The translations under genes were made by a program, and so were the position numbers. A DNA stretch of 63,639 nucleotides, filler included, from Chrysochromulina tobinii (Eukaryota): NCBI GenBank assembly GCA_001275005.1. It is 8 parts of 8 records of this genome, joined end to end, with 100 filler letters (N's around TTAATTAATTAA, not from the genome) between each part and the next. Parts side by side here need not be neighbours in the genome. Positions count along the whole stretch, not along the records: positions 16,037 to 28,061 come from JWZX01000113.1; positions 28,162 to 44,326 come from JWZX01000114.1; 6 more parts are not named here. One strand, written 5' to 3'. The notes beneath the pieces were generated by a model. The model ran no database searches and was not told the origin of the DNA. It saw nothing but the letters and a program-made list of their open reading frames with translations. Positions 23,001-34,071 of this stretch are shown piece after piece; the first letter of the stretch is position 1, and every line of letters begins with the position of its first letter.

Positions 23001-25288
23001 CGGTCCTCCGGCGCGAGATTGCGCAATACGACGAGGTCAAGGGGCAGATTGGCAGCGCGACGGAGGCGGCGACTGCTGAGCGCACGCGGCTCATGACGGA
23101 GCTCAACGTAGTGCTCGCCGCGCATGAGGCGGCGGCGGCGCGCCACGCGGCGGATGTGGAGGCGGTGCAGTCTGAGCATGAGGCCGCGCTGGACGATCTC
23201 GAGAAGGCGACCGAGGCGCGCCAGCTGCAACTTATTCATGAGTACGATGAGACGCTGGTAAGAGCACCCCCCCTAATTTTGTGCTCGGCCTGCATCCTCC
23301 TCCGAGCATGCATACGCTCACCACGGCGCCCTGTCCTCCCCACCCTCGACCTGAAACCCCCTCCGCCACCCCTGGCCCTGGTTGCAACCCTCCCCACCTT
23401 TTCGCATCCCCCCCCATGCCATCCCCCGTCCCTCGCAGGTGAGCGAGCGCCATCAGCGCGAGACGATGCGGGACGCGATGGCGACCGAGATCCAGAACGA
23501 AAAGTTCCAAAATTTCAACTTCCAGAAAAAGGTCTTGAAGTATGCGGAGGAGAAGCAGGCGATGGTCAAGACACTCAAGGCCAAGGAAACCGAAAGCGAG
23601 CAGCGAGTCGCCGAGGTGCGTGAGCTGCAAGCGACCATCGAGCGGATGCGCGGAGATGCGCTCGAGCGCGAGCGAAGATTGAGCGAGCTCGATAAGAAGC
23701 TGCTCGCGATGAACGGCTCGATGTCGCGGCTCGAGTCTAATAAGCAGCTGCTCGAGCTCAAGGTGAAGGAGCTCGAGCAAGTCCACGAGCCTACCCTCAT
23801 TGAGCTCAAGGAGGTCAAGTCGACCTGCAGCCGCCTCGAGGCCGAGCTAGTCAGGGAGGGCGACAGGCGCAAAGCCGCGGAGGCGCTCGTGCACGAAAGA
23901 GACAACCTGATCAGGTTCGTCAAACGAGATCTCGCAGCATCCGAGGCACAAGTCAAGGATGCGGAATTCGCCCATGTCATCACCATCAACAAGCTCTTCG
24001 GCCTCATCGACGAGCGCGCTGCCTGGACGACGGTTGCGGACTTTGCACGAGCGCGGGACCAACAGGTTCGTCAAGACCAGAGCCGCAACGGCAGGCCACG
24101 TGTCGACAAGTCCGAAGCACAGCTCGACGAGGATGACAAGGTGCGCCAGGAGCTGCTGCGCCAGCGCGACAAGATGCACAAGCAGGTCGAAGATCTCGAG
24201 GCCGAGCTCAAGCGTGCCCGGGCCCAGGGTCGTGCCTCGACCATGCGCCTCTCTGATGAGGCGCTGCGCGCGCATGACCATCTCAACGAGGCGCGGCGGC
24301 AGGTGAGTGACAAGGACCGCGGACCTCCCCACACCTCCTCCCACACCTCCCCACACCGCCCCACACCTCCTCTCACACCTCCCCACACCTCTTCACACCC
24401 CAGCTCACGAGCCTCGCATGACACCCTCATCCGCCCCTGATCGCCGCCCTGCGCCCTTGCCTGAATTGGCAGGTGCCTGAGCTCCAGATGACATCTGATG
24501 ACCCCTGATGACATCTGATGACCCCTGATGACATCTGATGACATCTGATGACCCCTGATGGCCCCTGATGACCCCTGATGACCCCTGATGACATCTGATG
24601 ACTCCTTGATGACATCTGATGACCCCTGATGACATCTGATGACCCCTGATGACAGGTGCATGAGCTGCAGGAGAAGCTCGCGATCGCCTCGAAGCAGCTC
24701 GCGCTGCACGAAGAGAAGGCCAAGGGCTCTGGCGGGCACTCGCGCCATGGCGGGCGGCGCGTGGCGCGAGGAAGCGCGGGCCTCGCCCCTTCGGCGCTCA
24801 GTTCGGCGCTCGCCGCGGCGGAGCATGCGGCACTACAGCAGCAGGCCGAGGCGGTAGCGGCGGCCGTGGCGGCGGCGAGCGAGGACGAGGCGGCGATGAA
24901 CGAGGTTTCCACCGCTGCCGCGCGAGGTCTCTCGATGAGCAATACGTTGCCGGGCTTCCATCGCACCTTCCATCGCACCGGATCGCCTGACGCAGCCGAC
25001 GACCGGCCGCAGACCGCTCCGCCACCGATTGCACCGTTGGCCAGCGTGCCGGCGCCGGCGACCTTGAGGCCGCCGCTCGCCGCACCGGCGCTCAAGCTGC
25101 CGCCGCCGCCAGTGGCAATGCCGCGCGAGGCCCCTCTCGAGCTCACGGCTCTCATGGAGCGCCACGTGATCGAGAATCAGAAGCTGCGCGAGCAACTGCT
25201 CTTCTTCACGAGCAAGGCGTCCAATCCCGTCCAGAAGAAGCTGAGTCGCTCTGCCTCCAGCTTGGGCATGCCACTGCCGCCCGTCTGA
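20010..25288 (+). CDS. CFAP57: CFAP57/WDR65-like flagellar protein (N-terminal WD40 propellers, long C-terminal coiled coil)
   Basis: AYSHGGHLLAASSGNHVLVF…LSGHLAPITALAWAADDAAFSTGGADGMVYTW and LESNKQLLELKVKELEQVHEP resemble CFAP57. Four ORF blocks join in phase 0 through introns 21777-21925, 23258-23438 and 24303-24655. Confidence 0.8.
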
Positions 25289-25937
25289 ATGCTTATAGTG
25301 GTCACCGCTACCTCCGACCCTGTACCGAGCCGGCCCTCGCTGTCGACCGGCGTCCCGCCATCGTTCCGGCCCCGCATGCGTTTGACGATCGCGTCGACGT
25401 GCATCGTTCTCTTACGGTGTTAGCACCCACCGCGTATACTTCAATCGCGGGCTCGCGTTACTTACTCGTTTGACGTTAAAAAAACATGTAACTCGCCACC
25501 CGAACATTCTTCCATGCCTACTAAGAGGCCCAACACCGTCACGGACGTTGCCACTCAGCGTGTATTCACGGCAACCTACTAACCCACCACGGTACCGCGA
25601 CCATAGAGAAGTCTCCAGTTCAGCGACATCCCACCACCCACCTTTCATGCAGCAGTGCACACATTTCGAATCCAATCGAGCAGGGGTCGATGGCAGGAGC
25701 CTCCCCTGCCGCTGCCGCTCTCCGCACGGCTTCCAGCACCTGCTGCTGCTCCCCCCGTGCTTCCCCCCGTGCTTCCCCCCGTGCTTCCCCCCGTGCTCCC
25801 CACCGTGGTGCCCCTGGTGCACTTGTTACATGGAATCGAAGGCCTCTCTCGAGGGAGGATGCAAGGAGGTGCTGTGCAAGTGACCGCTTGGTTCTTGGTC
25901 GTTGGCAAAGGCTTTACATCCTCCTGGGCCGTCTTGA

Positions 25938-28061
25938 TTACAGGTGCTGCGCCGAGTCGTCATCATCCTTCGAGGGCGCGCGGTTCGAGGACTGGCTGCG
26001 CGCGGAGGAGCCTGCAGCACGTTGCGATCCCTGGCCGCGTTGCGATCCCTGGCCGCGCTGCGACTTGTTGCCATCATCGAGGTTGGCAATCGACGCGCGT
26101 GCGAGGCGGGCACTCAGACCGATCGATGTCTTGTCGGCGGGGCCCTCCGCCTTGCCGTCGAAGGTGGCGTTCGACGCCGCCTCCGCCTTGCCGTCGAAGG
26201 TGGCGTTCGACGCCGCCTCCGCCTTGCCGTCGAAGGTGGCGTTCGACGCCGCCTCCGCCTTGCCGTCGAAGGTGCCCTCGGAGGCCGCGCGGGCCGAAGG
26301 CGCGGGCTCGCCACGCGCGGAGGAAGCGCCAGCCGGAACGTTCTTCGAGAGGTTCCGGAACTTGGACTTGGACGCGTTGTAAGCGGGGCTGGAGCGGGGC
26401 GACGCCTCTGCGCCCCCGCGCGCCGACGGCGCCACGGAGGCGTCGTAGGTGGCCTTGGACGCGTCGAAAGTCCCTTCGCCCTCGACAGACGCTCGAGAGC
26501 GCTGCAGACGCACGAGCGGGCGCGTCTCCTTGGCGCCCTTGTAGATGCCGGTCTGGATAGTGGGCGATGCGAGCGCGCCCGCGATCGCCGCAATGTCAGG
26601 CCGCTCCGTCGGCTCACGGTGGCAGCACTGCTTAGCGAGGACGACGATGCTGGCAGGGCAGCGGTACTCGCGACGCTCGGAGTCGTCGAGGAGCACCTGC
26701 ACAGGGGAGATGTCGCCGCGCTGCACCACGCGCACGATGTCCAACGCACGCTTGCACTTGAGCGCGTAGTAGGGCGGGCGCAGCGTGCCCATGTGGACGA
26801 GAAGGCAGCCAAACGACCACACGTCGAGCGCGGCCGTCTGGTTGCTCTCGCCACGAGCCACCTCGGGCGCCATGTACGGCGGCGTGCCGTGGATCGCCTC
26901 ATCGCCAGCGGCTGAGGTCTTGGCGTTCGCGGACGAGCCGAAGTCGGCGACCTTGGCCACCCACGTGTCCGAGAGCAGCACATTGCCTGGCTTGAGGTCA
27001 CGGTGGAGCACGTTGTTGAAGTGCAGGTACGCGATGCCCTTGGCCACGTCGCTCGCAATCGAGAGGAGCGAGGCGCGCCACGTACGGTACTCCTTGTACT
27101 CTCCAGCTCCGTGCAGCAGCTCGAGCAGCGAGATCTCGAGCCGCTCGAGCACGATGCCCACGCGCCGCACGTGGTCGGTGGCGATGCCGAGCATGAGCGC
27201 CACGTTCGGGTGGCGCAGGCCCGTCATCGCGTCGTGCTCGCGGAGCATGTCGGCCAGCAGCTGAACCGAAGACTCCTTGTCCTCACGCAGCTGCTTGACC
27301 GCGCAAGGCGTCGCGTTGAGCAAGCATGCGTGCACGGTGCCAAAGGTGCCCTCGCCCAGCTTCTCGGTCATCTCGAGCTCGTTCCAGGGGATGAGCTTGA
27401 TCTTGCTCGCGCGGCTCGCCTGAACGACCATGTCGTTGAGCGCCGCGACCTTGGCAACCCCACGCGCTGTAGCCGAGGCGATCGACGACGCGACCAGATT
27501 ATTCGTCTTCGCCGACGCCGAGCTCTTGTCGATGTCGATGGTGCCTTCGGAGGCGAAAGAGGGCGTGCGCGTGCGGCCGGGGCCAATCTTGGAGACCCTC
27601 TCGTCCATTAGATCCTTGTGTGATCGCCGATCGTTGGTGGGAAGGCGCACTGAAGTGCGGTCTTCGCGCATGAGCTTCTTGGACGACGCAAACAACAGCT
27701 GCGGGCGCTTCGAGGAGATCAGGTTCGCGCGGTTCTCGTCCCTCTCAGCTTCTGCTTTCTGAGCTTCGGCCGTCTTGGCCGCTTTCGTGGCCTCTCCGCC
27801 CTTTGGTGCCTTGTTATCGTTGAGACGGCGACGACGGCGCATGAAGACCAGGGCGAGGACAAGTGCGATCACACCGACGATGACGCCGATGATGATCCCG
27901 ATGGAGCCGCTCGTCTCGACTGCCACGGCATCGGCCAAGGGCGGTGGAGAGGGCGAGGGCGGCGGGGGCGAGGGCGAAGGCGGCGGGGGCGGTGACGGCG
28001 GGGGCGAGGGCGAGGGCGGCGAGTGCGAGGGCGGCGGGCACGGCGGCGGCAGCGCACCGGA
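25938..28061 (-). CDS. Receptor-like tyrosine-kinase-like (TKL) protein kinase, 5'-truncated
   Basis: Pro-rich stalk, TM IGIIIGVIVGVIALVLALVFM followed by RRRRR, then LGEGTFGTV, CAVKQL, HRDLKPGNVLL, KVADFG, GTPPYMAPE and DVWSFG. The tail carries a 36-nt repeat (GKAEAASNATFD) at ~26145-26275. Confidence 0.92.
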   Translation of the reverse strand, partial: SGALPPPCPPPSHSPPSPSPPPSPPPPPSPSPPPPSPSPPPLADAVAVETSGSIGIIIGVIVGVIALVLALVFMRRRRRLNDNKAPKGGEATKAAKTAEAQKAEAERDENRANLISSKRPQLLFASSKKLMREDRTSVRLPTNDRRSHKDLMDERVSKIGPGRTRTPSFASEGTIDIDKSSASAKTNNLVASSIASATARGVAKVAALNDMVVQASRASKIKLIPWNELEMTEKLGEGTFGTVHACLLNATPCAVKQLREDKESSVQLLADMLREHDAMTGLRHPNVALMLGIATDHVRRVGIVLERLEISLLELLHGAGEYKEYRTWRASLLSIASDVAKGIAYLHFNNVLHRDLKPGNVLLSDTWVAKVADFGSSANAKTSAAGDEAIHGTPPYMAPEVARGESNQTAALDVWSFGCLLVHMGTLRPPYYALKCKRALDIVRVVQRGDISPVQVLLDDSERREYRCPASIVVLAKQCCHREPTERPDIAAIAGALASPTIQTGIYKGAKETRPLVRLQRSRASVEGEGTFDASKATYDASVAPSARGGAEASPRSSPAYNASKSKFRNLSKNVPAGASSARGEPAPSARAASEGTFDGKAEAASNATFDGKAEAASNATFDGKAEAASNATFDGKAEGPADKTSIGLSARLARASIANLDDGNKSQRGQGSQRGQGSQRAAGSSARSQSSNRAPSKDDDDSAQHL

Positions 28062-28161
28062 NNNNNNNNNNNNNNNNNNNNNNNNNNNNNNNNNNNNNNN
28101 NNNNNTTAATTAATTAANNNNNNNNNNNNNNNNNNNNNNNNNNNNNNNNNNNNNNNNNNNN

Positions 28162-30903
28162 GGCGGCGACGGCGTCGGCAGCGGCGACGGCGGCGGCGGC
28201 GGCGGCGGCAGCGACGGCGGCGGCAGCGACGGCGGTGGTCGCGAGCGTCCCTAATTTGGCAATGGCGAGCGTCCACGACGGCGAGGTCGCGGCTGAGGCG
28301 ATCTGCGACGGCGAGGTCGCGGCAGATGCGATCTGCGCGAACCGTCGGCGCTGTGCCACGTCACCACCGAGCGCCCACGAGCGCATCGCATAGTCCGTCA
28401 GCGGCATGCCAAACCAGGCCAGCATGCGCCCCGCGCCGAACCCATGCTCAATCTCGTTCAAGTGGAGCGTCGCGAGAGTATTCTCCGCACCTGGTCATTA
28501 GAGGTCATTAGAGGTCATTAGAGGTCATTAGAGGTCATTAGAGGTCATTAGAGGTCATTAGAGTATTCTCCGCACCGGGTTTGGGCCAGCGGATGAAAAA
28601 GTCCGCACGGAACGCAGAGGAGCCCAGCGCCGTCGCGAGCACGCGCAGCGTCGCGCGCACCTGATGAGGGAGGCAATCAAGAGCGGCCGTCAAGAGCCAT
28701 CGGGAGCGCCGTCACGAGCGCGCGCAGCGTCGCACGCACCACCTCAACGACGGTCCGCCCCAGCAATCAATTCGCAATCAATTCGCAATCCATTCGCAAT
28801 CCATTCGCAATCCATTCGCAATCCATTCGCAATCAAGTCGCACGCACCACCTCTACGACAGTCCGCCCCAGCGCATCGCCCGCGACGACGCTCTCGAGCA
28901 CCATGGACGTGTGGCGCGCGCGCGCCGGTGGGCTGTGAACGTCGTGATTTGCATGTGTGAACGTCGTGATTTGCAGGAGGGCGGTGTGAGGTGTGAGGTC
29001 GGGCACAGCACTCAATGTCGGTGTGAAGGCGGTGTGAAGGCGGGTGTGAGGTCGGGCACAGCGAATCCATGGCACTCAATGACACTCAAAAAGCATACAT
29101 AGGGCATTCAATGGCACTCAACGGCAAGCACCTGTGCACGTGCGCGTTACATGAGGGCGGTGTGAAGTCGGACACGGCCACCAGAGCCTCATGTCCCTCG
29201 AGCAACAGCAGCCGCTCCATGCAGTTGGTGCGTGCCGCGAGCACCTACACGCGCGCGCCGTCATCAGAGGTCATCAAAAGTCATCAGAGGCCATCAGAGG
29301 TCATCAGAGATCATCATAAGTCATCAGAAGTCATCAGAGGTCATCAGAGATCATCAGAAGTCATCAGAGATCATCAGAAGTCATCAGAGATCATCAGAAG
29401 TCATCAGAGGTCATCAGAAGTCATCAGAAGTCATCAGAGGTCATCAGAGATCATCAGAAGTCATCAGAGGGGAGCACCTGCACGCGCCCGCCGTTGATGC
29501 AGAGCACTGCGAGTTCCTGATCATATGGCACCTGACCCTCAATGATGAGCGTGCGGGAGCCGCCCGCGGCAGCGCGACCCGACTTGAAGATGGACTCGGC
29601 CTGCGTGAGGATGAGCTCCTCGAACCAACGGGCGCGGCTCACCTGCCAAGCTCAGATGGGCCTGCATCATTAGGATGACCTGCATCATTAGGATGAGCTC
29701 TGCGAACCAACGGGCGCGGCGCACCTCACGCACTGACGCATCACCCGCGCTGAGAGCCTTCACGGGCGCATAGGCCCACAAGGAGCCATTCGAGAGGTTG
29801 GGAGGGTTGGCAAGACGAGGCCTGGGCTCGCCGCTCGGCATTGGTACGAACCGAAGCGGCTCGATCTGGTCGAGGCTCAGGCAGAGCAGAGGTCATTAGA
29901 GGCAATTAGAAGCCATCAGTGGTCATCAGTGGTCATCAGTGGTCATCACACCTGGTCGAGGCTCAGGCAGAGCAGGCCGCCGCTGTTGGTACCCATCGTG
30001 GGCTTGAGGACAAGGCGCTTGTGGTGGCGCAGGAGCACCTAAATGTCCGCAGAGGCCATCAGGGGCACTTCAAAGGCCGCAGAGGCCATCAGGGGCACTT
30101 AAAAGGCCGCAGAGGCCATCAGGGGCGCTTCAAAGTCCGCAGAGGCCATCAGCGGCGCAGCGAGGGGATAATGGCAAGGCGCCGTGGCGAGCGACTCGTA
30201 ACCGCCGCCGCCGCCGCCGCCGCTGAGCATCGTGCTGCTGGCGCCCATGCCGAGGGTGTCGCTAGCCGTTGTGGGTACAGATGCGATCGGGCTGGTACGC
30301 TTCTTCGACTTAACGGGGAGGCGATAGTCATCAGAGGTCATCAGGAGGGGAACACACCTCCAGTCGCAGCTCACAGCACGGGTCTGAGGGCGCGAGGAGC
30401 GTGCGGGAGGTCGTCAGAACGGGCACGTACTGCCCGTCGTCGTCCACCGCAAAGTCGGCCTCCGCGCCCACGTCGACGCCACCCATCGGGTCGTCGACGA
30501 AGGAGCACGTGTGCAGAGTCGGTACGATGAGCGCGATCGGCACTCCCAGCCCCACCCAGTGCTCCTTGCGCAGCGCCTTGTCGTCCGACCAAGCCCCCGC
30601 ATCGCACCGGAAGGACGCTCGCTTCTGGGCCGCGTGAAAGCATCCAATCAGCTGGGACAGAGAGCTCGCGTAATTGGCTCCTTCCGCGCTGCTCGGCCCC
30701 TTCCACGACGCATCAGCCAGCCCAAACAGCAGGCTATGGCGGTTGGCGCAAAGGTCTTCCTCGAATTGGTCCGCGACCGTTTTCGGCGACGCAGCGCCGT
30801 CAATGAATATGTCTTGGTACATGTTCGAGTGTTGCCCAGCGGGCGCGCGCGCACACCTGCACTTCGCCCACCGTCTCGTGTGGGACCTTCCCGATCGGGA
30901 CAT
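28162..30903 (-). CDS. Intron-rich ATP-grasp-fold protein, 3'-truncated; not seen as a single ORF
   Basis: Splicing introns 29866-29951, 29643-29724, 29245-29477, 28933-29131, 28661-28847 and 28491-28575 gives RLVLKPTMGTNSGGL…LIIEGQVPYDQELAVLCINGG…FRADFFIRW…LHLNEIE, the ATP-grasp motif order (KPxxG; ExxxxxE; RxD; NE). Structure between 30039 and 30357 is unresolved. Confidence 0.7.
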
Positions 30904-31061
30904 GTTGCAGATTTCCAGATTTATCAAGTTCGAGTTCCGATGAAGTTAGCGCGCTCTGTCGAGGCTTTACGGTTAACAACTTTCGGCCCATCAGTCAGTT
31001 GGTGAAGCTCTGTAGTCTCGCATCCCGAAACAAACTATGCGCGTTGTTATGAGCGTTGACG

Positions 31062-32476
31062 ATGCATCCCGCCGTGGACGTCCGGCTCGGGCAGCTGCGC
31101 TGGGCCGCGTTGCATGTGCATCCCGCATTCGACGCCGATCATCCGAATTGGGACGAAGCCAACTGCTCGGGACTGTTGCTCACGCACGTGGCCGTGCCGA
31201 CGGCCATCCAGCCCATCTGGCACGGCTCCACCACGGGTTCGCTCCGGCGGTTGCTCCAACCGTGCCGCCGCGCGTGCTCCCTCGGCCAGGTCGGCTGCAC
31301 CACTCGGCAAGGGAGCGTGATCGGACGTTGCAATGCGACACACGGCGTCGAGTACGCCCACCGTCTCCCGCGGCCGGGCGAGCCGGCCGTTGTGAGCTTC
31401 AACATGCCATCGTCGAAGCACGTTGAGGCCGTGCTTGCAGCGATCGCGGACGCGCGACCGCGGTTGTACTTTGAGTTTGAGGCGGCAGGGCACGCGCGCG
31501 TGCCACGAGATACCATCCTCAAGGGCGTCGATGGCATGATGTCGTTTCAGCGCGATGCGCTCGTGCCGTACCCGTACTTGAGCGCCTCGCAGCTTTGGGA
31601 AACCTCGCTGCGCCGTCCAGAGCGTGGGTTTCATGAGCGCCGACCCGCCGTGGCCGCATTCGTGTCCAACTGTGGCTCCCGGTATCGCAACGAGGTGGTC
31701 GAATTCTTACGAAACGCGTCGATCGAGGTCCACTCATACGGCGCGTGCTACCGGCCACGCCGCGCGCAGCAGGACGGAGGTGCCAACAGCTCCACGTTTG
31801 ACGCTCGCGAGTTCCGCAAGTCTCAGGGCTTTGAGTCTGGGGTGAAGCCCGAATGCTTGCACTATCGCGCGATCCTTGCGGTGGAGAACTCGGCGTGCAC
31901 GGACTACGTGACCGAGAAGCTCATACAGGTGGTCGGGTGCGGGGCGGTGCCGATCGTACGCACAGTTAATGGGCTGCCGGATTACAACGGCCTGTACGGC
32001 AGGTTCCCCATGCTGGATGGAGCACGTCTTGATGCAGCCTTTGCATCCTCCGTGCGCCAAGTGCTGACGGACCAGCGCACCTTTGAGAGCTACATGCCGT
32101 GGCACACTCGGACGTGGGTGCCCAGCCACGAGGTCATCGTCCAAAAGGACATGCGGAACCCGCACTGCACGCTACTTGATCTTATCACCAAGAGTCGCGA
32201 GACGTCGGGGGCTCTGTCGCCCTCGCACCTCGCGTCGGACGCACCAGGTGTGTCCTCTGATGACCCCTTGAGGCCCTCATCATCACCCTTTGTTGACCCC
32301 TTGATTACCCTTTATGACCGCAACGCCTCGCGTCCGTTTCACCAGGTGGCGGCGGAAGGTGTGAGACGGGCTCCAAGATGCACACACCACGGCCCCAGCA
32401 AAGGTTTGCACGCTCGTTTGCGGGTGGCTCCTACGCGACAGCGGAAGAGGTTGCGCGGAATGGCTCGCTCGGGTGA
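31062..32476 (+). CDS. Alpha-1,3/4-fucosyltransferase (glycosyltransferase family 10)
   Basis: AAFVSNC, VHSYGAC and YRAILAVENSACTDYVTEKL…GAVPIV. A probable intron at 32248-32345 moves the stop to 32476; the unspliced ORF ends at 32570. Confidence 0.85.
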
Positions 32477-32957
32477 AAGGGAGAAAAAGGGACGCGGATT
32501 AATCAATAAAATCATTAATCAACATACGAGCGGAAGGAGCGGTACACAAGTACCTCTAAGGTACCTCTAAACAAGCGGCTCTCGAGTTCTTTACGCGTAG
32601 CCAGCCTAAAAAGGGGGAGAGTGGTCGGAGAAGAGGAGATGTATCGCCCAGCCCGCTCCCAAGAAACGGACTCCGAACGGCCAAACTTGCGAAGGCGCCA
32701 ATGGCCAAATGCGAAGGCCGAAGCTTGCCGCGCGTTCACGCTCCCCAACAACGTGAAACGCCGCTCGATCGTCATCGTGAAGAGCGCCCATGGGCCGCCC
32801 ATGCTGAAAATGTCAACTCATGACCTCTAATGACCTCTAATGACCTCTAATGACCTCATAAATGACCTCTAATGACCACTAATGACCTCTACTGACGCCC
32901 ATGGGCCTTCATGGGCCGCCCATGCTGAAAGGGTGGGCGCCTCTGGTGCGTTATCCG

Positions 32958-33818
32958 TCACCGTCGGGGGTGGCTGCCCGAAGCCTTTCCATGCGGCGGC
33001 GGTCCGACGCCCGCTACGACGCCCGGGGCGGCCTGTTGGTCACCTGCGGCGGCGGCCTGTTTACCGGAGGATTTACCGGAGGATTTACCGGAGGATTTAC
33101 CTGAGGATAGGTCAGCATCAGCATCCGCCGCACCGCTGAGCATCCGCTTACGCAGCGCCATGAGCGCCAAGGCGACGACCACATCGGCAAATTCGACGGA
33201 CTCGCGGTGCGACTGCGTCGACTCCGCCGCCTCGGCCGACGCAGCTTGCAGCAAGGGATCCACCAAGTCACGCAAGTGGCGGCGCTCGACCGGCAGCGCG
33301 AAGGGTGGTGCGCCCAGCACGGCGCCCGTCGCCCTGACGACGAGGCGCGCGCGCCAGAGTTCCATCAAGAGGAATTGGACGGCAGCGCCCAGCGCGCGCG
33401 CGCACTTGCCTTGCTCGCGCGTCCAAAACGCTTGGAAGAAACCCTCGACGGTGTGGCATCGTTTGGATGACGAGACGCCCACGGGCTGGAGGTATGCCTG
33501 CAGCGCCGGTCGCAGCAAGAGGTGGCGGCGCTCGAATGTTTGCACCATCCACGAGGACGCCTCCTTCCAAGGCTGCTCGGCTGATGGCGGCGGTGGTGAG
33601 TCGGATAGGCGATGCTTCCGCTGGCTCGGCCGGTGCCGTGGCCCACTGCTGCTGTGGACGATGGGCTCCGAAACAAAGAATTCGCGAGCAGGCAGAGGCG
33701 GCGGAGGTGGCGGCAGCGGTGGCGGTAACTCGTGGCCGCCCTCGAGTGGTGGGAGGTCTAAGTCGTCGACCCTCGCGTCGGCATGGAGGTCGACGAGCGC
33801 TTTGCGTTTCATAACCAT
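32958..33818 (-). CDS. Hypothetical protein
   Basis: 286-aa ORF with a globular-looking core (WMVQTFERRHLLLRPALQAYL…FFQAFW…). Probable 57-nt in-frame intron at 33044-33100. Confidence 0.55.
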   Translation of the reverse strand: MVMKRKALVDLHADARVDDLDLPPLEGGHELPPPLPPPPPPLPAREFFVSEPIVHSSSGPRHRPSQRKHRLSDSPPPPSAEQPWKEASSWMVQTFERRHLLLRPALQAYLQPVGVSSSKRCHTVEGFFQAFWTREQGKCARALGAAVQFLLMELWRARLVVRATGAVLGAPPFALPVERRHLRDLVDPLLQAASAEAAESTQSHRESVEFADVVVALALMALRKRMLSGAADADADLSSGKSSGKSSGKSSGKQAAAAGDQQAAPGVVAGVGPPPHGKASGSHPRR

Positions 33819-34071
33819 GCTGAATTCCTATCCGCGCATTCCGCAGAAAACGCTTCCTCGCGCGCTGTTGGTGACACACACGACGTTGGACAGTCGACAT
33901 TTATCTGTCGTCTAGATGCACATGAATTCGGAGCACATGTGTGGGGCTTCAGAGCTTCGCAAACCTTACTTGAGTCCTTGACACAATCACGGACGGGGAA
34001 CACCACGATCGGGTCAGCGAGCGGCTCGGCCAGCACATCACAATCACCGCCGACGCGGAGAGAAGTGCACA

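Noticed and set aside
25745..25802. (TTCCCCCCGTGC)4 repeat as coding or regulatory feature
   Set aside because: It is a short local minisatellite between convergent genes with no further support.
28494..28560. Interstitial telomere repeats
   Set aside because: The unit GGTCATTAGA is not TTAGGG-type and is the reverse complement of the CTAATGACCT intron filler.
29069..29678. ORFs with HQRSSEVIRG-type repeats (also 24405-24635, 36347-37078, 42142-42711, 61075-62286)
   Set aside because: They are antisense translations of intronic 10-nt repeats, not proteins.
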